This document shows, in pieces, positions 12,807 through 24,382 of a DNA stretch of 64,000 bases; the first letter of the stretch is position 1, and every line of letters starts with the position of its first letter. The notes below the pieces were generated by a model. That model saw nothing but the letters and a program-made list of their open reading frames with translations, was not told the DNA's origin and did not search any database. The translations under genes were made by a program, and so were the position numbers. The stretch is taken from NCBI GenBank assembly GCA_951406725.2, contig OX597842.1, positions 15,376,001 to 15,440,000 on the forward strand. The letters are read 5' to 3'. This DNA comes from Octopus vulgaris. Taxonomy: Eukaryota.

Positions 12807-13478
12807 AATGATTGGGGATTAGCATTTAAATGGTGAATATGAATCTGATACTGAGGATGATGACGATGATGGTAATGTGTCTGTTATCTATGATCAGGAT
12901 GCCCAGGAGATTGTGTATTCCTATCGTGGTGCTTTTTGGTAATCAATGATAACGATGATGACGAGGGTGACGATAAAGTTGACGATGTTTATGTTTGAGA
13001 AAGGTAACAACGAAGATGAGAATAATGACGGTGATGAGGATGGAGAGGGAGACGTCAATAATTATCACGGCAGTAATTGTGGCGAATTAAATTGTAGAGA
13101 TTTTAGAGGAAAAGAGAACTCAGCGGATGATTGAGATTGAGAAACTCTTATGAAGAACTCAAGAAAGAGATTTTTACACGCACGAAACGAAGAAGAAGAA
13201 TAGAAGAAGGAGGAGGAGGCTGAAGTATAGGTGTAGGGGGGGAAGAAGATGAAAAAGAAGATGAAGGAGAAAATAAAGAGAAAGAGAAGAAAACGTGAAA
13301 CAAGTATTAATATTCAATGACGATAGAGATTTCAATAATGTAGATGATACCCAGATCTAATTACACATATATTTTGATATACTCGAATACCCGATTCTAA
13401 ACACAAACAAACAGATAAGCACACAACCGGACGCACCACTGCTCACACACACACACACCTACACACACACACACACTT

Positions 13479-13514
<36 letters not shown>

Positions 13515-15032
13515 GTATAAAATCCGTGGTGTGGTCAGAGTAAGTTTGAGAAGATACACAGTAATGGTACCGAAATTCATTCTCTAGATTCCATCTTCGA
13601 ATGCCCATTCAATAATTATCAAGACAATTGTGTGTACGTTTGAGAATGATGGAATAGTGGAGAGGAAAGCTACATAAAGAGGTCATAACCCCATGAAGGA
13701 TCATTTCAATCTGGAGCTGAAGAGATCGATCAGAAGAGATCCAAATCAATCCATAAGATTATTGGCATCTGGGGACAGAAGATGTGAAAATGAAATCGCG
13801 TATGAAACTTGTGAGGAGTCTTGATAATCCAGGACCAAAGTTTAGAAGATTGGAGAGGGCGAAGTTCATCTGCGACAAAGAAAAACACAGCTTTCGAGAG
13901 ATATTTCACATAGATGAGAAGATATTCAGCCAAGATATGCACAGAAATAGACGCGACAGCTGAGTTCTGGCTTCAGCTCAGGAGAAAGTCAAAAGTGTCA
14001 TTTGAGGTGTAAAAACCTGATTAACTGATACTTTTCAACTGCATGATCTCTGATGTCTGATGGGAAGGGAATGTTCCTTGTCACACAAGTGTAGCGAGAC
14101 AAATGTTTCACATGGATGAGTTTGCGAAAAGGTTTTAGGATAAGGGCACTTGGCCTCATTCATCACCTGGTTTGAGCATCTGGCATGAACTGTTCATAAA
14201 ATAAGCTCGTGAGTAGCCCCACACTTACCTGGACGTTAAAATAGGACATTGATGAGCATTTCCATAAGAAATCTTGTGGTAAGGCAGGAAAAGGGTTGAT
14301 AAAGTCTTTGGAAAACAAGGAGTAGCTGATGATGCCTAAAAGCCAGAGGTTTGGCCAGAATTCTTACTCAATCTTTCAAATAAAACTTTAAAACTTTCCA
14401 TTTGAAATTTATTCCAATGTTCCATGAGCTCCCAATCCTTAGCTATGTTAAAACATAGAATTTCATCTTCACCAATTCATTCATGATTATTCATGAGAGC
14501 TTGGAGAGGAACTCACATTTCGTCTTGCTCAAAATAGGGTCCATTTGTGTTAGAAAAGCCGCTGATAGTTCTGTTACCTTTAAGTAATACTGAAACACAA
14601 CGTTCCGAAGCTGTATCAAAAATCTTGACACTTTTTTCTGATATACTCGGTATCTGTACATCCATACACAAAAACTTATGACGATTAAAAGATAAACTTA
14701 GAAAACTAGAATAAAGATTTAAAAACGAGAAAAAATGATGGAATATAGTTGAATGATGAGAATTTGAATATTAGGTAAACGGATGTTTAGAAACAAGAAC
14801 ATGATTACCTATGCATAAGAAGTAAGTAAAAAAGAAGCTCATTCATCCACACACCTACACTTTCACAAACACGCATTCACACATACACTCAGAGAAAACT
14901 ATGGAGAGAGTGCACGGGTGTTAGATAGATGCACTCTAGAAAGAGAGATAGAAAAAAAGAAAGTTGGAGAAAATATTAACAATGTAGATATATGGGGAAA
15001 TAGACGGTAAGAACAAAAGCGACCCAACTCAC

Positions 15033-15104
15033 AGTTGTTCTAAATTCGGAAGGTTTTCGAAGGAACCGCGTTGAATATACTTTATATTATTGCTATACAA
15101 ATAT
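15033..15104 (-). CDS. LRR exon 6 (72 nt): YLYSNNIKYIQRGSFENLPNLEQL
   Basis: Acceptor ttttatgttacag, donor GTGAGTTG, 72 nt, phase 2-2. Paralogous to the exons at 16384 and 3912. Confidence 0.92.
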
Positions 15105-16383
15105 CTGTAACATAAAACGGATTTCATAACAAACATATAGAAAAGATTAGTGACAAAATGTTAAATATTATGGCTAAAAAAAATAGATATAATTAAGAAA
15201 TTTAAATGGAGATGATGATTAGAGAGAGGGCGAAGTCCATCTGCGAAAAAGTGAAACACAACCTTCGTGTGAGAAGATATTCACCCAGGATATGTATACA
15301 AACTGACGCGACTACTGAGTTCTGACTTCAGCTCACGAGAAAGCCAAAAGTGTAATTTTAGAAGCAAAAACCTGACTAAGGGATAATTTTCAACTGCCTG
15401 ATCTCTGATGTTAAGAGGATGTTCCTTGTCACACAAGTGTAGTGAGACAAATGTTTCCCATGGATGAGTTTGCGAAAAGATTTTAGGATAAGGACACTTG
15501 GCCTCATTCATCACCTGGTTTGCGCATCTGGCATTAACTGATGATAAAATACGCTCGTGAGTAGCCCCACACTTACCTGGACGTGGGAATAGGACATTGA
15601 TGAGAATTTTAACAAGGAATCTTGTGGTAAGGCAGGAAAAGGGTTGATAATGTCTTTGTCAAACAAGGAGTAACTCATGATGCCTAAACAACCAGAGGTT
15701 TATCCAGAATTCTTACTCAATCTTTCAGACATAACTTTAAAACCTTCCATTTGAAATTTATTCCAATGTTCCATGAGCTCCCAATCCTGAGCTATGTTAA
15801 AACATAGAATTTCCTGTTCGCCAATTCATTCATGATTATTCATGAGAGCTTGGAGAGGAACTCACATTTCGTCTTGCTCAAAATAGGGTCCATTTGTGTT
15901 AGAAAAGCCGCTGATAGTTCTGTTACCTTTAAGTGATACTGAGACACATCGTTCCGAAGTTGTATGTAAAATTTGGAAACTTATTTTCTGATATACTCGG
16001 TGTCTGTACATCCATACACAAAAACTTATGAAGATTAAAAGATAAACTTAGAAAACTAGAATAACGATTTAAAAACGAGAAAAAATGATGGAATATAGTT
16101 GAATAATGAGAATTTGAATATTAGGTAAACGGATGTTTAGAAACAAGTACATGATTACCTATGCATAAGAAGTAAGTAAAAAAAGAAGCTCATTCATCCA
16201 CACACCTACACTTTCACAAACACGCATTCACACATACACTCAGAGAAAACTATGGAGAGAGTGCACGGGTGTTAGATAGATGCACTCTAGAAAGAGAGAT
16301 AGAAAAAAACAAAGTTGGAGAAGATATTAACAATGTAGATATATGGGGAAATAGATGGTAAGAACAAAAGCGACCCAACTCAC

Positions 16384-16455
16384 AGTATTTCTAATTTCGG
16401 AAGATTTTCGAAGGTACCGCGTTGAATATACGTGATATTATTCAAACTCAAAAAT
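16384..16455 (-). CDS. LRR exon 5 (72 nt): FLSLNNITYIQRGTFENLPKLEIL
   Basis: Acceptor ttttatgttacag, donor GTGAGTTG, 72 nt, phase 2-2. Confidence 0.92.
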
Positions 16456-17303
16456 CTGTAACATAAAACGGATTTCATAACAAACATATAGAAAAGATTA
16501 GTGACAAAATGTTCAATATTATGGCGAAAAAAATTGATATAATTAAGAAATTTAAATGGAGATGATGATTAGAGAGAGAGAGAGAAGTCCATCTGCGACA
16601 AAGTGAAACACAACCTTCGAGTGAGGAGATATTCACCCAGGATATGCACAAAAACTGACGCGACATCTGAGTTCTGGCTTCAACTCACAAGAAAGCCGAA
16701 AGTGTAATTTTAGGGGCAAAAACCTAAGTGATAATTTTCAACTGCCTGATCTCTGATTGTAAGAGGATGTTCCTTGTCACACAAGTGTAGTGAGACAAAT
16801 GTTTCCCATGGATGAGTTTGCGAAAAGGGTTTAGGATAAGGACATTTGGCCTCATTCATCACCTGGTTTGAGCCCTTTAGACGTCAGCATCTGGCACTTA
16901 TCCGTCAGCATCTGGCATGCCTTTTTACCTTTTTTTTAAAACCAAAATACAGGTGCAATCTGTTTTTCTTTCCTAACGCGCCATCGTCTGCCACTCTTGC
17001 ACTCTCTCTCTCTCTTATTGACGTTTGGTGATGCTCCTCACTCGCATCCCTTTTCTCACAAATGAGTGTCGCCGTGTTTTGTTTTGCTTTCTCCATCTTC
17101 ATAGATTAAACGCAAACAAATTTGACTGGAAAACAAAATCAACCGGTTCGTCCCCACAAAATGGCAGAGAAAGCAGAAAAATAAACTCACCACTCGACAG
17201 CAATTTCCACGACAGTAAAAACTTGATGGGTGAAAATACACGTATTATGTGTTTTTATTTACAAATTTCATAATCATGTCAAGCGAGGCTTGTCAGTTTG
17301 ACG

Positions 17304-17361
<58 letters not shown>

Positions 17362-17368
17362 TAAGAAT

Positions 17369-17410
<42 letters not shown>

Positions 17411-17639
17411 TTCTTTTATTTGTCACCAGAGTGAAGGATGAAGGGGACAATACAAAGACAGACATAAAGTGTGGAGGTTTACAGAAAATGGATTGAGAAA
17501 ATGAAAAGTATACACGGTATGCATTAGAAGAAAGGAAATATACATAGTATGTGACACTAGAAAAAGATGTTTAGTAGCGCGGAAGTACGACGACGTCCTC
17601 GAGGGGGGGGGGGCTAAGCGTCGATGAAGATGAACTGGC

Positions 17640-18185
17640 AAGTCTATTCCGGAGGACTTTCCGGTCGGGGACTTTCATGAATAATTTCCAGATGTCTTTG
17701 GCTGGTAGTGCTACCAGGGGTGGGGCTCTACCTGATCGAAATAAATTTTACATGCATGGATGTGCTGTTAGACATGCTTTGTCCGAAGTGCTCGCAGAGG
17801 GATGAAACCGTTCTGCATGCAGCACTCGTTTAGTGTCTGGGCATTGCTGACTTGTGGAGTTGTATCGAGCAGCTGCCGTCGCGTGTAGGACAGATCCGTC
17901 TGTCGTCCGAGTCCATAATGACGATGTCCCCGCCGCCCTCCTTTAATTGGGCTGGCAAGCCTGTGCTCCTTCGTTTGGTGGCTGTCACGAAAGAAGTTAT
18001 ATGGTGGACGAGGCTGATGGGATTGAGGACGGAAACTTTCCTCTTTGGTAAAGACCTACAGGCAAGTAGGGTGGTGAGGGAGGTGCTGGTCTCGAGTGAA
18101 TTTATGAAAAGGTGAGTGAAAGTTGCGAAAAGGGCAAGAGTGGATAGTCCCAGAATGTAGACCTGTGAGTCGGAAGAAGTAAGGT
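17640..18185 (+). mobile_element. Tx1/L1-like ORF2 C-terminal fragment (zf-RVT region)
   Basis: MNNFQMSLA...CPKCSQRDETVLHA...ADLWSCIEQL; homologous to 33020-33310. Confidence 0.7.
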
Positions 18186-18189
18186 GAAA

Positions 18190-19470
18190 TGGGCTCCTTC
18201 CACACCAAACACATAAAAATAAACATACCCTTTAACCTAGCGAAAAAAATCTGCACCTTAGTTTCCGATACATACACTCGTGAACATAGACTCCTTGAAA
18301 TTAGATCTACACTAACTAAAAGACATTACCCAATCACATTAGTAAATGAAGGCATCAAAAGAGCTGAGGAAATAGATATACAAATTTTAAGGAAAACTAG
18401 CCGAAATACTAAACAAGACTTAAAAAATACTCCTGTACATTTCCCCACATAACCCTAGAAACAACGAAGCCTTCAACTTCATCACCCAAAATCTTCCCAT
18501 CCTCACAGCAGTCAAAGCAATGAACGAAATTTAAGCTCATATAAAATTATAAAAAGCAAAAAGCAACCGAAGTCACTGAAAAATTATTAACCAGCCCTAG
18601 ACTGTATCCACTAACAACAGAGCCAAACGTGACAAAATGTGGACGTTCTAACTGTGGAACATGCCTCCACCTTCTGGAGGGTTCAGAATTCCAATTCAAA
18701 CAAGGAGAAATATTTAAGATCAAATCAAATTTCACCTACGCCTCAGTAAATGTAATCCATGACATGACATGCATAGGATGTGGTAAACTCTATATTGGAC
18801 AAAGAGGAATTTCGCTCCGTCAAAGAATCACCATTCACAAAGAGCAAATCCGTCACCCACAATACAGACAGTTAAAGGTGAGTGAACACATAGGAGGTGT
18901 GCCAGGAATCTTAATCCCAATTTCCAAATATTTCCCTTTTACCAATGTTCACAGAACATCACAATGCAAGAAAGGTTGAATACAGAGGCATTTTTCATCA
19001 ATAAATTTCTCCCCCAACTAAATATGAACACACAACTCAATACAGAACACCACTAATTCTTCAATTGAAACCACTAACCCCTATACACCCCCTACACCAC
19101 TCACATCTCTAAATCCAGAACTACTTACCTCCCTTACAAATAATACAGAACTACTTACCTCTCTTACAAATAATCTTTTTTCTCAGGAACTATTAGACCT
19201 GACACCGTGTATTAGCCGGTGTTTTTCAAGCGATGAATAGCTTTGCGTAAACCATAGTTCGCTTTGTTCTCTTACTTTATTATCATCTTATAATCATCTC
19301 ATAATAATGACTTTTATGAATCTTATCACTACCTCAGTCAATCTAAATGTATATATTTGTCGTTACCTGTCATAAAAAACCTTTTTTATTTGCAATGTGC
19401 ATTTTCGTTGATTTTTCATATTTTACCCTTACTCACGTGTATTTTATATTTTCTTTTTGTAACATATTTC
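18190..19470 (+). mobile_element. Penelope-like element 3' part (RT thumb + GIY-YIG), degraded
   Basis: HTKHIKINIPFNLAKKICTLVSD and KCGRSNCGTC...NVIHDMTCIGCGKLYIGQ...LRQRITIHK. Ends at (TA)n. Confidence 0.88.
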
Positions 19471-19525
<55 letters not shown>

Positions 19526-19712
19526 TGAGTGTATTTTTAACTTGTTAACAATTAACACGGGATAAATGAATAGTTACCAGGGTAGCAAAAATCTCACAAG
19601 TAAAGTGGTTATAACTCCTTGTTTATAAAGGTAGAAACTTCATGTTTACGTGCAATTCTTTGTATAATATATGAATAAATAAATGGAGTTTAACGCAGGT
19701 ATAAATCAAATA

Positions 19713-19810
19713 TTTTTACTTTCGACACATGTTTCGAAAATTCCACTGATAACATTGAAAAGGATAAACGGTATAACTAATGCAATTTTTTCTTCAGGAA
19801 AGTGAAAAAA
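19713..19810 (-). ncRNA. Type I minimal hammerhead ribozyme (intact core)
   Basis: Stem I tttcactttc/gaaagtaaaa, CUGAAGA box (19791-19797), stem II aaaatt/aatttt with a long loop, GAAA, palindromic short stem III acatgt, GUC cleavage triplet. Confidence 0.8.
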
Positions 19811-21447
19811 CGAAACTCGTCAACACGAAATTTTAGCAAAAAATGATGCATTCGTATAGCAATGAACTGAATGCTATTAATATTATTTTTAAAAAACGTT
19901 ATATGATATAACGTCAGAAGTAGCTTACAGAAAGAGCAGGGATATTAATAGTGAAGGTTAAATATAAAGGAAATTAAAGTTTAAATTATATATAATGATA
20001 GAGACTACTTATATGCACTAAAGCTGCCAATGTTTACATCTGTATGCTCGCTCTATAACCGTGTTTACTAGGGGATTTTTAGAAAAAATAACGAAAAATA
20101 GCTCAGAATTACAGAGAAGACAGAATTCCTTGCCTTTGTCATAAGGTATCGAGATTGAGAGAATCAACCATTCTAAATGAAATTGTTCATTGTGGTCTTT
20201 TAGATCCCAAATTTGTTTGTCGAGACCGGCACTATTACGTTTATTTCTATCTCTAAATGTTGAGTAATGGATAGAAATTTTTTTTAGATAACTCTAATGA
20301 TGTACTTCCAATGTAAAATCGTACTTAATTACGAGTACTGATTATACACTGCTATATAGAATTTTTAATCTTAAAGTTACTTGACATAAACATAATTCTA
20401 TTGGAATTGACTTCGGATACAATAACCTTGTTATTAATATTCCTAGAGGGTTGGATAATATTAGCTAAATTAATGTTAATATTAGTAAATGTATTAATAT
20501 TGAACAGTTTGTTGTTATGTGAAGAGATAATTTGTAAGAGATTTTTTTGTGTTGGAAAACCGATCCTAACCGTATGTGAATTGATAATAGAGTAATACCT
20601 AGAATTTTTTGGAAAATTCCTAACAATAGCTTGACGAAACCGCAGTGGGAGACTAGATTTAATTTGTCTCCCGTACGGAATTATTAACCAAATATTTTTA
20701 CTAGTATTTATAGCGTAATTGTTTTTGAAAGTGTTATATTTACTTTTAGAACGATACTAGGGGATTAAATATCACCCTTCATTCGCTTTGTAGCGGTACA
20801 TAAGTTATGATTGTTATCAATAATTCTTTTACGACTAGAAATCTTATCTACATTATTGAATTTACAATTTGACTGAGTAGAATCAATGTAGAAAATTTTC
20901 TCTGTATAACCTGCTTTAATTAAGGCAGAGTTATAGAATTCAGCATTATCATTGAAAATATAAACATTAGCAGATAATTTAGATAATCTAAATGAAATAT
21001 TCTTAACTAAGTTCTTAGTAATTGCTCTAGGATGATTACTAAATTTGCTAATGTACTTAAGATTGGTCAACGGTTTACGAGTCACTGTGTAAATTAAGTG
21101 TAATATCCAAAAAGTTGGCCTTCGTCATATCGTCATCAAAAACGATTTTAAGCCCATTCTACTGACAAATTTAACTAAACTATTCTTAACTTTTTGTACC
21201 GTGTGGTTGGAAACATTTTGGAGGTAAAGCAAACACACCTTTAGTGCATATAAGTAGTCTCTATCGTTATATATAATTTAAACTTTAATTTCCTTTATAT
21301 TTAACCTTCACTAATATCCCTGCTCTTTCTGTAAGCAACTTCTGACGTTATATCATGCAACGTTTTTTTAAATACTATTAATAGCGATTAGTTAATTGCT
21401 ATACAAATCCATAATTATTTGCTAAAATGTCGTATTGACGAATTTCG

Positions 21448-21545
21448 TTTTTTCACTTTCCTGAATAGAAAATTGCATTGTTTGTAATGTGTATCCTTTT
21501 GAATGTTATCAGTGGAGTTTTCGAAACATGTGTCGAAAGTAAAAA
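21448..21545 (+). ncRNA. Second copy of the hammerhead with core mutation CUGAAUA (likely inactive)
   Basis: Same fold as 19713-19810, but G8->U in the CUGANGA box (21461-21467). Confidence 0.7.
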
Positions 21546-21581
21546 TATTTGATTTACACTGCGTTAAACTCCATTTATTTA

Positions 21582-21657
<76 letters not shown>

Positions 21658-21903
21658 CATAAACTCATGAACTCATGTATACAGTAAATATAACCCGTTA
21701 ATTTCCATACACCCATAAATCCCAATTCTCAGGAATTGGCCCTCATATTCCAAGACCTTCATACAAAAGAGCACACACTTTGGATAGAGGTAGATAGTGA
21801 AGGTAAAGAGGTGTGAAGGAGCATAAAATGAAGTATGGGAAGACTTAAACATTTAGAAATATAACGTCCATGAAATACTATAAACAAGAATGTTTCAACT
21901 TAC

Positions 21904-21975
21904 AGTGAACTTAAACTCAAAAGATTTTGGAATGTTTCTGCCTTGACTTCCTTGATATCATTACTTTCCAAATAT
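21904..21975 (-). CDS. LRR exon 4 (72 nt): YLESNDIKEVKAETFQNLLSLSSL
   Basis: Acceptor ttattttacag, donor GTAAGTTG, 72 nt, phase 2-2. Confidence 0.92.
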
Positions 21976-22084
21976 CTGTAAAATAAATATTTAGCTCAGA
22001 AGAACTTGTGTGGAAGACACATGTGTAACAGAATAGCTAATCAATTATGACTAAACAATTAAAAGAAAACATGGAATATAAATC

Positions 22085-22640
22085 ACGATGATGATAAACT
22101 TGATGATGAAGATGATGAGGATGATGATAATGATGATGAGGATGAGGATGAAGTTGACTATGATGTTGAGGGTGATGACGATCGTGATGATGATGACGAT
22201 GATGATAATTGTGGTGGTGGTGCTGGTGGTTGCGGTAATGGTGAATATGTTGACGAGGCAGAGGAGAAGAAAATATGGTGGTGGTGCTGATGACGAAGAA
22301 GTTATTATGCTGATGATTGAGGTGAAGTTGTTAATGTCGATTCTTCTGATAATGATGGGGGTTAGTATGTCTATGATGGTGCCGAGTATAATATGGATGA
22401 TGATAATGTTGTTGGTTGGGATGTTACTGTTAGCGATGACGATGTTTGTGTTGAAGATTCTGCATCTGATCGCGGTGTTTTATGATAATTAATGATTTTG
22501 ATGATGAAACGGACGGTGAGAAAATTGACGATGATAATTAGAAGGAAAAGGACAGAAGAAGAAGAAGAAGAAGAAGAAGAAGAAGAAGAAGAAGAAGAAG
22601 AAGAAGAAGAAGAACAACAACAACAACAACAACAACAACA
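22085..22640. repeat. (GAT)n / (GAA)n / (CAA)n low-complexity intron cassette sequence
   Basis: Seen directly; similar to 23200-24290. Confidence 0.9.
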
Positions 22641-23015
22641 TGGAAAAAAATAAGAAGTAAAGATGATGTTTAAAAATTAGCGTATGAATAATTTAGTTCT
22701 GAATAAGCAGCTACAACGCTTATACAAGGATGTTATTTAGCGTCCATCTAGAAATAAAGTTCGTACGTGTCAATATTCTCGCATACCAAGAGATATACAT
22801 ATGCATGCAGTCAGTGTTTTCCCTGATGTATCATGCTCTCATATATCCCGTATCACAGAAATGGGTTCACACTCACAATCACGGACATTCATAAATAATG
22901 AAATACATCTTTGGAAAGACGGAATTGGGAGCTTAAATGGAAGGATGAGAAGATGTTGCATATTTAGGAATATACCGTCAATGAAATACTAGAAAAGAAC
23001 ATTGATTCAACTTAC

Positions 23016-23087
23016 AGATATGATAACCTGGAAAGATTACTGAAGGTTCCTATTTTGATTTCCTGGAGTTTATTTTTCCACAAAAGC
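23016..23087 (-). CDS. LRR exon 3 (72 nt): LLWKNKLQEIKIGTFSNLSRLSYL
   Basis: Acceptor ttttatgttccag, donor GTAAGTTG, 72 nt, phase 2-2. Confidence 0.92.
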
Positions 23088-23199
23088 CTGGAACATAAAA
23101 TTGAGGAAAGAAGAAATTTTATGTAACAGATTTGACAAAATTTATAATATTATGGCTTATCAATTAGATAAAGGTAGAGAGGGAAAAGAAATTACGATC

Positions 23200-24290
23200 A
23201 TGATGAACGTGATGATGATGATGATGATGATGGTGATAATGTTGCGGAGAAGTGATTAATATGATGATTAGGTAGAAGTGAAGAAAATATGGCGTTAGCT
23301 TTGATGACGAAGATGTTATGTTGTTGAATGGGGGTGATGTTGTTAATGTTGATTACTCTTTTAATGATGGTGATTAGCATGTTTATAGTGATAAGGAGTA
23401 TGACATTGATGCTGATGATGTTGGTGGTGATATTTCTCTTGGTGTTGATGACGATGATGTTGAAGATGTTGCATCTGATCGCCATGTTTCATGGTAATGA
23501 ATGATGTTGATAATGAAGAGAACGATGAAGAACTTGATGATGTTGAAGATTGAGGAAGATGAAAATGAAGACAACAATGATGACAGTGATGACAAGAAGG
23601 ACGAAGACGTCAATAATGAGAGTGGTGGGATTGGGGGTGATAAAAATTTTAGAGATATTAAGTGAATGGGGAAACTTGTAAATTATGAAGAAAGCATGTA
23701 AAACAGAAAGTGAAAAGCACAGCAAACGGAAAGGTAACGAGAGAAGAGGAAGGAGAAGAAGAACAAGAACATGAAGAACAAGAGGAAGGAGAGGAAGGGT
23801 AGGAAGAATAAGAAAAAGAATAAGAGGAAGAAGAAGGAGAAGAAGAAGAAGAAGAAGAGAAAGAAGGAGAAGAGAAAGAAGGAGAAGAGAAAGAAGGAGA
23901 AGGGGAAGAAGAAAAAGAAGTGGAAGAAGAAAAAGAAGAAGGGGAAGAAGAAGGAGAGGAAGGAAAATAGGAAGAAAGAGAGAAGTAGGAGGAGAAGAAG
24001 AAGAAGAGGAAGTAGAAGAGGAAGGATAAGAGGAAGAAAGAGAGGAGGTAGAATGAGAAGAAGAAGAAGAAGAAGAAGTGGAGGAGAAGGAGGAGGAAGA
24101 AGAAGAAGAAGAAGAGGAAGTAGGGGAAGAACAGCAACAACAAAAGAAGAGGAAGGAGAAAAAGAATGGGAAGAAGAGGAAGTGGAAGCAGACGAAGTAG
24201 AAGAAGAAGAATGAGAGGAAGTAGAAGGAGAAGAAGAAGAGGAAGAAGAAGAAAAAGAAGAGGGAGAAGCGGAAGAAGAAGATAACAAAA
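23200..24290. repeat. (GAT)n and (GAA/GGA)n low-complexity region
   Basis: Seen directly. Confidence 0.9.
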
Positions 24291-24382
24291 GAATGTGTTT
24301 AAAAATTAGAGAATGAATTATGTAGTTCTAAATATACTTGCATTACGGAAAGTCTGGAATGTCAATCAGTTTTGATCTAGAG

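Larger units (their letters stand above)
13560..16870. repeat. Head-to-tail tandem copies B, C and partial D of the exon-bearing unit (~1.35 kb period)
   Basis: Units 13560-15225, 15226-16580 and partial 16581-16870. Each full unit carries one YIQRG(S/T)FENLP-type LRR exon. Confidence 0.92.
19668..21590 (-). mobile_element. Penelope-like element with inverted ~355-bp pseudo-LTRs
   Basis: 19668-20023 is the reverse complement of 21239-21590. Internal minus-strand peptides ANFLDITLNL, RKPLTNLKYISKFSNHPRAITKN...SFRLSKLS and IWLIIPYG...RNFP. Flanked by (TA)n. Confidence 0.9.
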
